Origin: Nitrospirota bacterium
Lineage (GTDB): Bacteria; Nitrospirota; UBA9217
NCBI GenBank assembly: GCA_963845065.1
Contig: CAWJQQ010000005.1
Coordinates: 192,001 to 256,000 of the forward strand
Length of the DNA stretch: 64,000 nucleotides
Reading direction: 5' to 3'
Positions 38,316 to 49,590 of the stretch are shown here, piece by piece. Each line of letters begins with the position of its first letter. Position 1 is the first letter of the stretch. The position numbers were made by a program, and so were the translations under genes. The notes beneath the pieces were generated by a model that was given only the letters and a program-made list of their open reading frames with translations, ran no database searches and had not been told where the DNA came from.

Positions 38316-39395
38316 TCAGGCCTGTTTAGCGTTCAGCTCCAAAGTAAGGTCCACTTCGCCCTGTGGCATATTTAGGGCCGCTGCGATTTCTGTTGTTGAG
38401 AGTCCTTTCTGGCGCAGGGCAAAGATTTCATGCTGGCGACCCGAGTCTCCCCAGTGGGATTTAACAGTTTCCGCCCTGCGAGCCAAAAGTTCCAGGGCGC
38501 CCAGCTTTTTATCAATCGATACTTCAAGCGACTCTACATTCTGTATTTTCTGCTCCAGCACGCCAGCCTTTTGGATCAACTGGTCGAGGAGGACGGTTTT
38601 TTTATCGATCAATGATTCGCGCGATGTGGCGTCCTGAATTTTTTTCTGCAGCATATCTTCGTGCCGAATCAGTTCTTCTACGGCAGACACCTTTTTGTCC
38701 AAAGCTGCCTCGAGTGTAGAAAGAGCGCTCGACCGTGTTGTTTCCGATTGTTTTATCATCTGTTGGAATTCAGCAATCTTCCGTTCCAACGATGCTTCGC
38801 GCTCGGCAAGAGCCTGAGATCCAGCAGACACCTTTTTGTCCAAAGCTGCCTCGAGTGTAGAAAGAGCGCTCGACCGTGTTGTTTCCGATTGTTTTATCAT
38901 CTGTTGGAATTCAGCAATCTTCCGTTCCAGCGATGCTTCGCGCTCGGCAAGAGCCTGAGATCCAGCAGACACCTTTTTGTCTAAAGTTGCCTCGAGTGTA
39001 GAAAGAGCGCTCGACCGTGTTGTTTCCGATTGCTTTACCATCTGTTGGAATTCAGCAATCTTCCGTTCCAGCGATGCTTCGCGCTCGGCGAGAGCCTGTG
39101 ATCCGGCAGCTTCGGATCTCCGGATCATATTTTTGAGCACGTCTATTTTTTTGTCCAGAGATTTATCGATTGCAGATGATGATAAGTTTACCTCAGCCCG
39201 CTGTATCAGCTGCTGAAGCAGCGATATTTTTTTGTCCACGTTCGCTTCGAGCGTTTCGACAGTCTGGATTTTTTTCTCCAGTTTATTGAAAATGAGCTCC
39301 GAAATGTCCTTGATTTCGGACAGCTCGAGCGTCAGCAGATTCTTTTCTTTTGTTGCCGTCATTTTTGCGTCGGCTGTTATCACGTTCTTTCCCAT
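38316..39395 (-). CDS. Coiled-coil protein with C-terminal HTH (DUF2802-like) and three 47-aa repeats
   Basis: C-terminal IFALRQKGLSTTEIAAALNMPQGEVDLTL; long heptad-rich region. Confidence 0.75.
   Translation of the reverse strand: MGKNVITADAKMTATKEKNLLTLELSEIKDISELIFNKLEKKIQTVETLEANVDKKISLLQQLIQRAEVNLSSSAIDKSLDKKIDVLKNMIRRSEAAGSQALAEREASLERKIAEFQQMVKQSETTRSSALSTLEATLDKKVSAGSQALAEREASLERKIAEFQQMIKQSETTRSSALSTLEAALDKKVSAGSQALAEREASLERKIAEFQQMIKQSETTRSSALSTLEAALDKKVSAVEELIRHEDMLQKKIQDATSRESLIDKKTVLLDQLIQKAGVLEQKIQNVESLEVSIDKKLGALELLARRAETVKSHWGDSGRQHEIFALRQKGLSTTEIAAALNMPQGEVDLTLELNAKQA
38683..39105. repeat. Three near-identical 141-bp tandem repeats
   Basis: Units start at 38683, 38824, 38965 (GCAGACACCTTTTTGTC...). 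Confidence 0.95.
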
Positions 39396-39396
39396 A

Positions 39397-39543
39397 TCAG
39401 ATCTTTATGTCTATCTTTCCTGATTTCTCGAATTCTTGCTTTGGTTCCTCTTTCTTTGCCTGTTTCTTCTTACGCTTGAGGGTTGCATTTTCTTCACGTC
39501 GTACGATCGTCTCGCCTATCTTTCCCGGAGGTTCTATCGGCAT
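39397..39543 (-). CDS. Small Lys/Glu-rich hypothetical protein (48 aa)
   Basis: MPIEPPGKIGETIVRREENATLKRKKKQAKKEEPKQEFEKSGKIDIKI with GGGGGA RBS; abuts next gene. Confidence 0.6.
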   Translation of the reverse strand: MPIEPPGKIGETIVRREENATLKRKKKQAKKEEPKQEFEKSGKIDIKI

Positions 39544-39659
39544 CGTCTGGATCCCCCTGTTTGTCTTACCATGGCCTGCTCATTACAATGCAAGAAATGG
39601 CGTTTTGGATGACAATTACAATGACTGTTTTATGACGGCCATACTTACATAGCTTAAGG

Positions 39660-39675
39660 AGCAAGAGGCATGCCA
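39660..39675 (-). promoter_or_regulatory. sigma54 promoter
   Basis: TGGCATGCCTCTTGCT. Confidence 0.8.
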
Positions 39676-39962
39676 TAGTGACATTATATTCAGAAACTCT
39701 TAGATTCTGTGAATAATTTTTATTAAATTACGATATTAGCATATAAAGTCTTGGTATTTTAGGATGTTATGATTCAATGGAGAATTTGGCTTGAAAACGA
39801 AGATTGGTATTGTGGGCTTGTTCGGCAGAAAGAAAATATTCAATTGATGTCAGTATTTTGACGAGTAAACATAATTCTATCTTTTGCTGAATCATGATAG
39901 GTCAGGATATTGAGATAAAAAAAATTCTTACTGGTTACAAATAAAATTGCACCTGTCATTGA

Positions 39963-40835
39963 TCAAGAGGCAAAAAATTTCTCTATGTCGTCCCGTGCAG
40001 CGTTGAATCTTTCATTAATGGTTCTAAGTTCATCCTTGGTCAGGGAAAATTCGAGGAGGATGGCATTATGTTCCTGCGTCCAGATCCCATCGTCCTCCAC
40101 GCGTGGGTTGAACATCCTGGTAAATGCCTCAGCGAGGGAAACCAGAGAAACAAGGTTCATCTCATCGGGAGTGGCAGACGGCTTATGGTGGTACTTTATC
40201 GACAAAACGATACTGTTCGGCAGACCTATTTCTTCGGCAAACCATGCTCCGGCGTCCGCATGAGTGCAGCCAAAGACTGTAGTTTCCTGCTCGAGCATAG
40301 TATCCGTGGTCTCAATCGTCTGGAATGATTCATGGTCTAAGCTGTAAAACACGATGCGACCGATGTCGTGAAGAAGTCCTGCCAAAAATGATTCCTGCAT
40401 AGTTGTAATGGCTATTTTCTCGGTAAGAATCGAGGAAAGGAATGCCACCTCATAGCTGTGGAGCCACAGATTTTCAACACGGAACGACCCGGAGTACGGG
40501 AAAAAGTTTATGACCGTCATACCCACGACGATGGACTTGATCCTGTCAAGGCCGAGAAAGAACAGCGCCTGATGAATGTCCTTGATCTGTCCGGAATGCG
40601 CAAAGAAAGCGGAATTCGCGATTTTCAATATCCGTTGAGCCATGGCGGGATCATAGGATATCAACTCGCATAGGTCCTCGGTTGATTTTGTTTCATCTCC
40701 CACGAGGGCAAGGATTTTGCCCAGCAAGGCCGGGGTTGTGGAAAGATCGTGGAGTTGTTTGATGAAGCGTTTTACGTCGCTATTCGTCATCGGCTTCCCG
40801 AATGAATCCTCATCTCCCTTCGTTCTTTTCGGCAT
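39963..40835 (-). CDS. HDOD domain protein
   Basis: DPAMAQRILKIANSAFF, LWLHS, AGLLHDIGR, THADAGA, YHH. Confidence 0.92.
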   Translation of the reverse strand: MPKRTKGDEDSFGKPMTNSDVKRFIKQLHDLSTTPALLGKILALVGDETKSTEDLCELISYDPAMAQRILKIANSAFFAHSGQIKDIHQALFFLGLDRIKSIVVGMTVINFFPYSGSFRVENLWLHSYEVAFLSSILTEKIAITTMQESFLAGLLHDIGRIVFYSLDHESFQTIETTDTMLEQETTVFGCTHADAGAWFAEEIGLPNSIVLSIKYHHKPSATPDEMNLVSLVSLAEAFTRMFNPRVEDDGIWTQEHNAILLEFSLTKDELRTINERFNAARDDIEKFFAS

Positions 40836-41149
40836 ATCTGATAGAGAACTTTAATTCTGAAAAAACGCACACCAATTTATTCTCTGTTCATCGTCTGACA
40901 GAGCGTTTGTCTCAGCATTTGCTGAAAACTCATGACTAGATCTTCGGTTCCGTGCCGCAGCAAGGTAATAGCTTTCCCTTGCATTTTTACCGTAATGGGT
41001 GCCGTCCGTATCCCTAGGAGAAAAATTTTCCTTCTAAGGCAAAAAAGACCACATACGAAAACAATAATACAAACGTCGTGCGGCGGAAAAAAGACATTTC
41101 CATAAGGATTTCAAATAAATAAAAGCTAAGTCATTAACAATATATTCTC

Positions 41150-41165
41150 TGGCATAGGAGTTGCT
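41150..41165 (+). promoter_or_regulatory. sigma54 promoter of fliK-flgD-flgE
   Basis: TGGCATAGGAGTTGCT. Confidence 0.85.
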
Positions 41166-41180
41166 TTTAGAAAAAGTGCG

Positions 41181-42287
41181 ATGAGCACTCTACAAATTAT
41201 ATCAACAGAACAAATGAAGGCGCAGGGTGTGAAGAATGGCTCGACCGCTCCCAAACCCGAGGAGACAGGAGATTCAAATGATCCGACCTTCGGGTTATTG
41301 CTGGGACCGCTTCTAGCATCAATCTTCCAAAATGTGCAGCAAACACAACCAGACCCAATAAAGTTAAGTGATAGGACAAGTCCTGCTGGAAAGGCTACGG
41401 ATCAAACTCAGGATACCATCGAACCACAGCAGCCTACTGAACTGTCAAAGCTATTGCTCAGGATACAGAATAAAGATACAGAGATTGAGACAGAAAATAC
41501 CCTTCCGCTGCAGCTTCCTGAACCTCTTAAGAACACTAAGGGAAATATAGATAGTCAAGAACCTGCCCAGAAGGAAACTGCGGAAACAAAAAACACGTCA
41601 GCGGACGAAAACGCACAATCAGTACAAAAGGACAACGACGGCAAAAACGTTGTCGATGTGTCGGATAAGGCCGAAAAGCATAATGCCTCGTTACTACGGA
41701 ACGTCACGGTACTGGATAATGATGACAAAAACAATGGCGGGCTCCAAAAAGCAGATCCGACGACGATAGTTCGGCCTTCAAAAACAGACTTTTCAACGAT
41801 TGTACAGCAAGTACAATCTTCTGACCTGCATGCCGCGTTTCATGGAGTCGCGGCTCAATCAACGGAAACAGGAGGTTCATCTGCTGCTATACGGCCCAGT
41901 GGGGTTGAAATTTCCGATGCGTTTGATCATGCGGTGTCTATTGTGAAGGATGGGAACCGCCTAGCCGTACAGCTGGATCACAACGGTCTTGGTAAATTAG
42001 ATATCAACTTGAGCCTCGACAAGGGGGCAGTAAACGCTCAGATCAACGTGGCCGATAACGCAACCAAGAAACTGATAGAAAACAATATGCAGCAGATTGT
42101 TAATTCTATTCTTGGAGATGGGGTGAGCGTTGGCGGGTTCTCGGTGTCATTAAAACAGCAGAGTAATTGGGACGGCTCAAACCAGAACCAGCGGAACGAG
42201 ACAAGACAACGAGACGAGCCAGAGATACAGTCAGTCGTTGCTCCAAGCACCAATGTGGCTAAAGGCCTGATCAATATTTTTATTTAA
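41181..42287 (+). CDS. fliK: Hook-length control protein FliK
   Basis: Low-complexity N-terminus, C-terminal VQLDHNGLGKLDINL domain; precedes flgD. Confidence 0.8.
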   Translation: MSTLQIISTEQMKAQGVKNGSTAPKPEETGDSNDPTFGLLLGPLLASIFQNVQQTQPDPIKLSDRTSPAGKATDQTQDTIEPQQPTELSKLLLRIQNKDTEIETENTLPLQLPEPLKNTKGNIDSQEPAQKETAETKNTSADENAQSVQKDNDGKNVVDVSDKAEKHNASLLRNVTVLDNDDKNNGGLQKADPTTIVRPSKTDFSTIVQQVQSSDLHAAFHGVAAQSTETGGSSAAIRPSGVEISDAFDHAVSIVKDGNRLAVQLDHNGLGKLDINLSLDKGAVNAQINVADNATKKLIENNMQQIVNSILGDGVSVGGFSVSLKQQSNWDGSNQNQRNETRQRDEPEIQSVVAPSTNVAKGLINIFI

Positions 42288-42310
42288 ACCAGACAGAACA
42301 AGGAGGGAAT

Positions 42311-42994
42311 ATGAGTATAACAGGCGTTACGAGTACCACACAAACAGCAAACCCGTTAACATCAACAGCGGGTGCGCCATCATCGGGGGCGAATCAGACA
42401 CTAGACGAGACAGATTTTTTACAGCTTCTGACAGCTCAGCTACAAAATCAGGATCCGTTGAACCCCACGGACTCTTCTGACTTTGCGTCGCAGCTTGCTC
42501 AATTTGCTTCGGTTGAACAACTGACTAACATCAATTCTAACCTTACAAACATGGCTACATCACAAACCTCGCTGCAGAATACGATGGCCTCAGATCTCAT
42601 TGGCAAAACCGTCACAATGTCAGGTAATGAAACTACACTCAACGGACAAGCGGACATGTCTTATACGCTTCCAAGTAATGCCTCGAATGTTACAGTATCT
42701 ATCTATGACTCAACTGGCACCCTGGTGAAGTCAACGACGATTGGCCCAGAGACAGCGGGCAATAATAGTTATACGTGGGACGGCACGGACAATAACGGCA
42801 ATACGCTTGCGGCAGGCCAGTACACATTTGCGGTCAATGCTGTGGACGGTTCGGGGAATGCGATTACCGTAACGCCACTAACCAGCGGTACCGTGACTGG
42901 CGTTTCTTTCAACAATGATGTAACGTATTTGACACTAGACAACAACGCAGAAGCACAGCTCGGAGACATTACAACAATATCGGGAGGGAATTAA
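42311..42994 (+). CDS. flgD: Hook capping protein FlgD
   Basis: FLQLLTAQLQNQDPLNP, QLAQF, WDGTD. Confidence 0.95.
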   Translation: MSITGVTSTTQTANPLTSTAGAPSSGANQTLDETDFLQLLTAQLQNQDPLNPTDSSDFASQLAQFASVEQLTNINSNLTNMATSQTSLQNTMASDLIGKTVTMSGNETTLNGQADMSYTLPSNASNVTVSIYDSTGTLVKSTTIGPETAGNNSYTWDGTDNNGNTLAAGQYTFAVNAVDGSGNAITVTPLTSGTVTGVSFNNDVTYLTLDNNAEAQLGDITTISGGN

Positions 42995-42995
42995 T

Positions 42996-44303
42996 ATGTT
43001 AGACGCATTGTATACGGCAGTTAGCGGTATGGATGCAACTAATACCGAACTCTCCGTGATCGGAAACAATATTGCAAACATGAATACCGTCGGGTTTAAG
43101 GCGAGCACTGTTTCGTTCGACGATGTGCTGAGTCAGAGCATTGCCAACGGGTCTGGAGGTTCGCAGGTCGGTCAAGGCGTTGCTATATCGAGTGTATCCC
43201 CGGACTTCTCGGAGGGCTCTTTCGAAAGTACATCAAGCAGTCTCGACATGGCTATTGATGGTAACGGAATGTTCATGGTCAACAAAAATGGCGCGGATTA
43301 CTATAGCCGGGATGGCCAGTTTTCGCTGGGTACGAACGGCAGCATTGTGGATTCCAACGGGAACGCGCTGCAAGGTTATCTTGCCAACGCTGCAGGTGAT
43401 ATAACTGGCACAATCGGTAATCTTCAACTTACGACAGGCCAAAGCCCGGCAAACGCAACAACCGTGGTTAATTTGGGGGTCAATCTCAATTCTTCGACGA
43501 CCCCAACAGCAGACACATTTACGCTTGATGGCAATGGACCCGGCAAGCCGAACGATCCTGCGAATTACGATTTCTCCAATACTACAACCGTTTATGATGC
43601 CCAAGGTGGCGCCCACAATGTAACACAGTACTTCGTGAATACTGGGGCAAATACCTGGGATGTTCATTACGTCTACGCGGACCCGGCAGTCTCCGGCCAA
43701 CTCCTTGAAGCCGGGCAGACATCGGGCGGCGCGGGTGCTGATCCGACCGGAGCGGCAACAGTACAGCAGTTAACATTTAATCCAGACGGTTCACTCGACG
43801 CAGCAGGTAGTCCAGCGACGCCAGTTACTTTCAACTTTGGTGTAGCGGTCGGTGCACAAACGATGAATTTTAATTATGGCACGTCAACGCAATATGCAGG
43901 CAGTAATGCAATTGCGAACGTGACCCAGGACGGGTACGCATCGGGGTCTCTTCAGAGCGAGAGTATATCTAACACTGGAATAATCAGCGAAGTATTTTCG
44001 AACGGTAAGACACGTGCAGTCGGACAGGTCGCGCTTGCCGGGTTTTCAGCTCCCTCGGAATTGACTGAATTGGGAGGTAATCTGTATGAACAATCGGTTG
44101 GGTCAGGCGCTCCCGTCATCGGCACAGCAGGTTCGACTGGTCTCGGGAACTTGGATTCAAGTAGTCTTGAAGAGTCAAACACAGACCTTGACCAGGAAAT
44201 GGTGCAGATGATCACGGCACAGAACGGATATGATGCAAACTCGAAGATCATCCAAACGGCAGATGATATGTTGCAGGCACTTATGAACATAAAGCAGTCA
44301 TAA
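42996..44303 (+). CDS. flgE: Flagellar hook protein FlgE
   Basis: IGNNIANMNTVGFK, QDGYASG, LEESNTDLDQEMVQMITAQ. Confidence 0.95.
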   Translation: MLDALYTAVSGMDATNTELSVIGNNIANMNTVGFKASTVSFDDVLSQSIANGSGGSQVGQGVAISSVSPDFSEGSFESTSSSLDMAIDGNGMFMVNKNGADYYSRDGQFSLGTNGSIVDSNGNALQGYLANAAGDITGTIGNLQLTTGQSPANATTVVNLGVNLNSSTTPTADTFTLDGNGPGKPNDPANYDFSNTTTVYDAQGGAHNVTQYFVNTGANTWDVHYVYADPAVSGQLLEAGQTSGGAGADPTGAATVQQLTFNPDGSLDAAGSPATPVTFNFGVAVGAQTMNFNYGTSTQYAGSNAIANVTQDGYASGSLQSESISNTGIISEVFSNGKTRAVGQVALAGFSAPSELTELGGNLYEQSVGSGAPVIGTAGSTGLGNLDSSSLEESNTDLDQEMVQMITAQNGYDANSKIIQTADDMLQALMNIKQS

Positions 44304-44332
44304 GATAATAGAGAGGTGACAACAAATATAGG

Positions 44333-44367
44333 AAAGGCCGCGGATAGTAATATCCGCGGCCTTTTTT
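44333..44367 (+). terminator. Intrinsic terminator after flgE
   Basis: AAAGGCCGCGGATA-GTAA-TATCCGCGGCCTTT + T-run. Confidence 0.9.
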
Positions 44368-45288
44368 ACGGCACCACAAACGAAAACGAAAAGCCTGCCC
44401 CATATAGGAGCTCAGACCTTATGAATATACTGACTCTAAGTCTGAAAAGAATGATTATTTTGAGCAATGACAATTACGAAATCTGTAAACGTTATTCGTA
44501 GCCATTATCTAGTCTTGAATTCGCGTTAAATAAAAAAACCATAACCACAATTAGGGAAAAAGCCAAAGATTTTTCGAGATTACCTTGCAGCATCGCACAA
44601 CACGTAATTGAAGTCACGGTCAGCATAGCAAATTTGATTCTTTAATGGCGTTGACAAAACCTGTACATACAAATCTTGATTGCATCAGCTTACTGCAGCG
44701 CTTTGCGGAGCGTCTTACCGAAAATGTCTATATTATAGGGTTTGATGATGGCTGCATTAAATCCGAATTTATTGTAGTCTGCCATGTAGGAGCGTTTGAA
44801 TAAGCGCTCTCTACAATTGTTTTCACAACTGGGCCGAATGCGAGCAGGTGAACGATGGCATCCCTTCTTTGCTTGCCGCCCAGTATGACAAGGTATATGT
44901 TTACCTCATGAAAGTGCGCCTTCGTTGCCAACACCTGTTGGGATATCTTGGTAGACTTCCTCCTGTGCCGTGCAAAGGCTACATCATAACCAAGCTCTCT
45001 CTACGTTTCTCGTGAAACGTCCGGATGAGTTGTTCATTACCCATATTGAAAAATTTTCCTTGTCCAGCAACAGCCGTGCAAGATGCTTAAGTGACACTGC
45101 CTCTTCATATGTCTGGCTATCCCTAATAAGGAACCGCCTTCTTTGAAGCCCTAACCAATATTTCGTTGCGGGAGCATTCAGAAGCCTCAAAGCAGGAGTT
45201 GCGCCATTGCAAATCAGTTTACCACGAATAAACCTGGCGACTGTATTTAACCGTTTTCATCCATGGAGCCACTACCTTAATGGCACTG

Positions 45289-46962
45289 TTATTTCAATTG
45301 TGCGCCTTCAGTCCTAAACCAGCTTAGGCTGCCCTGGATTTCCAAAGCCAGCTGAGCAAGGGTATGGGCGGCTTGCTGGATCTGGTTTGTCGACTCCGAC
45401 GAGTGGTCCGTCACTTCGGAGATAGTTCCCATGTTTCTGGTGATCTCCTCCGCTGTTGCGGACTGCTCCTCAGTGGCCACCGCGATGCGCTGGACCATGT
45501 CCAAGACCTGAGTCGACGCCATTACAATCGTGTCGAGAGCTTCACTGGCAGATTTTGCTAGGCCAACGCCTTTCTCGACCTCGGCATTTCCTTTTTTGAC
45601 CGCTACAAGTGATTTTTTCGCTTCAGCCTGGATAGTGGATATCTTTTGCTCTATGTCCTTGGTTGCGCTCGTAGTTCTGTCTGCCAGTTTTCTTACTTCA
45701 TCGGCGACCACTGCAAAACCGCGTCCTTGCTCTCCTGCACGGGCGGCCTCAATTGCCGCATTCAAAGCGAGTAGGTTCGTCTGGTCGGCTATGGTATGGA
45801 TAAGGTTGACAATCTCGCCGATCTGCCCTGAACTTCTTCCGAGTTCTTCTATTGTTTGCGCGGCTTCCCCAACCGTATCGGTGATCGAAGCCAGCCGTTC
45901 GACGGTCCGCTTCACAAGTTCTTTACCCGCCGTAGCGTTCTCAGAGGAGTTCTTGGCAGCGTCCGCCGCCTGAACGGCGTTCTGGGCCACTTCAGAAATC
46001 GTTTGGGACATCTGGGTTGTTGCTGCGGCCACTTCTTTTGCTTGGTGTGTCTGCTGCGCAGCACCATTGCCAAGGCTCTCTGCTGTTGTGGACAGTTTTT
46101 TGGAAGATGAGGAAAGATTCATGATACTCATCTTCAAGCGCGATGCGGCATCGCCGACTTTTGACGTCATGGTCGAAAAGTTTGTGATCATCGCGCCGAT
46201 CTCGTCCGTACCCCGTGCATGCAGAGCAGCCTGAGAAAAATTCCCTTGCGCCATCTGCGCCGATCGGTCGGAGACTAGGCCGACGGGGATTATGATCGTT
46301 TTCGAGAAAAAGAAGGCTACGACGATGTAAAATATGACAATGAAAAAACCACCGACAATAAACGAAATTTGAATGAAACGCGACTCTCTCTTCATTTGCG
46401 CTACCATTTCGGGGACCTGTGCGCGCACGCGATCGACAGCTTTTTTTGTCTCTTCCGACATCGTAAGATAGCGAACCGATTGAACACCGCGGGCGAGCGT
46501 CATTGCCGTGTTAGTTTTACCGCCAAGGATGGCAGGGATTAACTCCTTGTCCCGCGTTTCCGTGAATGCGGTCCAAGCATCACGCGCTGTTCTCAAATTT
46601 TCAACCAGTTCAGGATAATCGGAGGATTTCAACTGCCCGTCGATAAGACCGAACAGTTCGTCAATCCGTTTGGACAGGTCATTCACATCCTGTTGCAAGG
46701 ACGCCCGCCTGCCGGCGTCATCATCGATAATCATGGTTAGGAGCGTGGTCCGAACGAATGCAAGATTTGCCCGCAGCTTAGCAATATTATCGGCAATTAG
46801 CATGTTCCGCTCGATAACGCCATAGGTTTTCCCCCCCACTTGAACTTGGGAAAAAGCGGACACGCCGACAACAATGCCCAAGGCGGTAGCCACAATAATG
46901 ACGCCGAATATGATGTACAATTTTTTCTTAAGGGTCATATTATAGATCATTTTTTTTACCAT
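45289..46962 (-). CDS. Methyl-accepting chemotaxis protein (four-helix-bundle sensor, HAMP)
   Basis: Two TM helices, [37 protein letters not shown]; start likely ATG 46962. Confidence 0.93.
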   Translation of the reverse strand: MVKKMIYNMTLKKKLYIIFGVIIVATALGIVVGVSAFSQVQVGGKTYGVIERNMLIADNIAKLRANLAFVRTTLLTMIIDDDAGRRASLQQDVNDLSKRIDELFGLIDGQLKSSDYPELVENLRTARDAWTAFTETRDKELIPAILGGKTNTAMTLARGVQSVRYLTMSEETKKAVDRVRAQVPEMVAQMKRESRFIQISFIVGGFFIVIFYIVVAFFFSKTIIIPVGLVSDRSAQMAQGNFSQAALHARGTDEIGAMITNFSTMTSKVGDAASRLKMSIMNLSSSSKKLSTTAESLGNGAAQQTHQAKEVAAATTQMSQTISEVAQNAVQAADAAKNSSENATAGKELVKRTVERLASITDTVGEAAQTIEELGRSSGQIGEIVNLIHTIADQTNLLALNAAIEAARAGEQGRGFAVVADEVRKLADRTTSATKDIEQKISTIQAEAKKSLVAVKKGNAEVEKGVGLAKSASEALDTIVMASTQVLDMVQRIAVATEEQSATAEEITRNMGTISEVTDHSSESTNQIQQAAHTLAQLALEIQGSLSWFRTEGAQLK

Positions 46963-47125
46963 AGGTTCTCCCGAAGAGCGCCGGCAACCACCAGAGAAAA
47001 CGTTGCGAGTAACGTTTTGCGGCATTCCCGTAAACTCATGAATATCTTTCGTTCTGTCCTCACCCTCCTTACGATTCAACAAGGCAGCTGTTTTCTTCAG
47101 TAAACATTAAAATACACCGGCGGCA

Positions 47126-47608
47126 TTAGGAGACAGGTGCCTCTCCAAATACGGTCTTGTGTTCCTCGGCATCGAGAAGCCGGTCCATATCGAGTAGAAT
47201 AACGAGACCCTCGGGGAGCTTAGCGATACTGGAGATGAATTCGGAGCTGATGTTCGAAGAAACCGGTGGTGGCGGCTCGACGACGTCACGGGTTATTCTC
47301 AAGACATCCGATACTGCATCTACGATCAGGCCCATGATAACCCCCCGGACATCCATGATGACGATCTTGCAAAGCTCGCTGTTAGCGTTTTCCCCAAATC
47401 CGAATTTCTTCCGGAGATTGAGGACCGGGATCACCTTGCCCCTTAGATTGATTGCTCCCTCCAGGTATGTCGGTGCATTAGGTATGGAAGTAATTTCTTT
47501 CATATTATTGATTTCCTGAACTTTCAAGATATCGACGGCGTATTTCTGCCCATCAAGTTTGAAAGTGACGAGTTGAAGCATATCGGTATGGATAACAGTA
47601 GATTGCAT
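47126..47608 (-). CDS. cheW: CheW
   Basis: QLVTFKL, VQEI, GAINLRGKVIPV, GLIVDAV. Confidence 0.95.
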   Translation of the reverse strand: MQSTVIHTDMLQLVTFKLDGQKYAVDILKVQEINNMKEITSIPNAPTYLEGAINLRGKVIPVLNLRKKFGFGENANSELCKIVIMDVRGVIMGLIVDAVSDVLRITRDVVEPPPPVSSNISSEFISSIAKLPEGLVILLDMDRLLDAEEHKTVFGEAPVS

Positions 47609-47619
47609 GGCGGCCTCCC

Positions 47620-49242
47620 TTATACTTTGAACCAGGACATCATTTCCTGCAGGTCCACTGCAAGTTTTGCTAAGTCTGCAGAAGACTGCGTAATCTGTTT
47701 TGTAGACTCCGCAGATCGTTTGGTGATCTCCGAGATGTGCTCCATGTTCTGCGACACCTCTTCCGATGCAGCGGATTGCTGCTCAGTAGCTGCTGCTATG
47801 CGCTGCACCATATCCATGGCATTGGTCGATGCGGCCACGATGGAGTAGAGAGAGTTGCTCGCCTCATTGGCAAGTCCCACACCCTTGTCCACCTCGTCGC
47901 TGCCTCGTTTCATGGCGTCCACGGACTCGTTGGCGGCCTGCTGGATCGCCGTAATTCGCTGACCGATGTCTCTGGTGGCCTGACCAGTTCGCTCTGCGAG
48001 CTTTCGTACCTCGTCGGCAACTACGGCGAACCCGCGGCCCTGCTCGCCAGCCCGTGCCGCCTCGATTGCCGCGTTCAATGCGAGAAGATTGGTCTGGTCC
48101 GCGATGCCGTTGATGACCGCCACGATCTCGCCGATCTGGGCCGAGCTCCTCCCCAATCCTTCGATGGTGGTTGCCGCGCCTTGCACTGTGGTTGCAATGG
48201 ACGTCATGCCATGGGTCGTGGTTTCGATTACGGCCTTTCCTTTGGAGGCAGTCTCAGAGGCGGTTTTGCTCGCATCCGCCGCCCGGGAAGCATTCTTGGC
48301 CATATCTATGACGGTCTGGGAAACCTCGGTCAGGGCGGTTACAACCTGTTCGGTTTGGGAAGACAGTTCTTGGGCTCCTTTATTAAAATCATCAGAGGTT
48401 GCTGAAAGTACTTCCGAGCTCGAGGCGAGACTGGAGGTAGCCGTAGATATTTTTGATACGGTCTGTCTCAGATTATCAATCATGATCTGCAGGCTTTTAT
48501 CGATATCCCCAAACTCGTCATTCCGGTCGATGGAGAAGGTCATCGATATGTCGCCTTTAGCAATCCTGTCGATTAGCTTGACCTTTTGATGCACCATATT
48601 CGTCAGATCATGCCTCACGTACCGGTTCAAGCCTCCAACCACAATAGTGAAGACAATGAAAATGATAGTGAACCATTTGGATTTTGACCAGAAGGCCGCA
48701 TTTACATCATCGATGTACAGACCTGATCCGATAATCCAGCCCCAAGGCTCAAAACCTTTGACGTACGAGATCTTCGGAACCGGCTTGTCGAAGTTCGGCT
48801 TGGGCCAGAGATACTCAACATATCCTTCTTGGTGGTCCTTCACCATTTGAACGAACTCGATAAATAGTTTCTTACCGTTCGGGTCCTTGATCTCCGACAA
48901 ATCTTTGCCGTCAAGCTCGTACTTCACAGGATGCATGATCATGACGGGCCGCATGTCATTCAGCCAGAAGTATTCGTTCCCGTTGTAAATCAGAGACTTG
49001 ATCGCATCGATCGCCCTCTTCTGGGCTTCTTCCTGAGTAAGCTTCCCTTCGCTAACCAGTTCGTGATAATGTTGAAGTGTTCCATATGCCGTTTCGACAA
49101 CATTCTTGACCAACTGACGTTTGTCTTCAAGCATGCTATTTCTTAGTGAAAGTAGCAAGGTTACGGTAATGAGCCCCAGGGCGATGAGCGATGCTATTGA
49201 CGTGAATAACAGTTTATGCCTAATCTTTATTTGCATTTTCAT
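47620..49242 (-). CDS. Methyl-accepting chemotaxis protein with single Cache_2 sensor
   Basis: YFWLND...MHP...KDPNGKKLF...YLWPKP...KISYV...WIIGSGLY plus MCP signalling domain. Confidence 0.95.
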   Translation of the reverse strand: MKMQIKIRHKLLFTSIASLIALGLITVTLLLSLRNSMLEDKRQLVKNVVETAYGTLQHYHELVSEGKLTQEEAQKRAIDAIKSLIYNGNEYFWLNDMRPVMIMHPVKYELDGKDLSEIKDPNGKKLFIEFVQMVKDHQEGYVEYLWPKPNFDKPVPKISYVKGFEPWGWIIGSGLYIDDVNAAFWSKSKWFTIIFIVFTIVVGGLNRYVRHDLTNMVHQKVKLIDRIAKGDISMTFSIDRNDEFGDIDKSLQIMIDNLRQTVSKISTATSSLASSSEVLSATSDDFNKGAQELSSQTEQVVTALTEVSQTVIDMAKNASRAADASKTASETASKGKAVIETTTHGMTSIATTVQGAATTIEGLGRSSAQIGEIVAVINGIADQTNLLALNAAIEAARAGEQGRGFAVVADEVRKLAERTGQATRDIGQRITAIQQAANESVDAMKRGSDEVDKGVGLANEASNSLYSIVAASTNAMDMVQRIAAATEQQSAASEEVSQNMEHISEITKRSAESTKQITQSSADLAKLAVDLQEMMSWFKV

Positions 49243-49590
49243 AAGGAATACCTATTTAATGTGCCTCTCCACCTTAAACCACGAACCACGCGGTCATTTT
49301 CTGCAGGCTGCCTAGCTTTCCTGCAGGCACCTTGGTTGGTCCCCTTAGAGGGACGTCAGTTTTGTTATACTCGAGATGTCCCCATCCCGGGTATTCCGGT
49401 ATTCCATCCGGTTTTTTCTGACTTCTCGGCAAGTACCTTCTCTGCCGCCGTCATAGAGGTCGCCAAGTAGGTTTTCCACTATTCAACTGTGAGTTATACG
49501 TCGTTATTTATCTTTTTTCGCGATCCTTGATCTGGTCGGGCATCGTGTCTTTCTGATGCAGCTCATTAAACGTTCTCTTCGCGTTGAGAA

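Noticed and set aside
38683..39105. CRISPR array
   Set aside because: Contiguous in-frame 141-bp coding repeats with no spacers; no cas genes in the window.
49243..49590. Riboswitch upstream of the Cache MCP
   Set aside because: Some short inverted repeats, but no known riboswitch consensus could be recognised.
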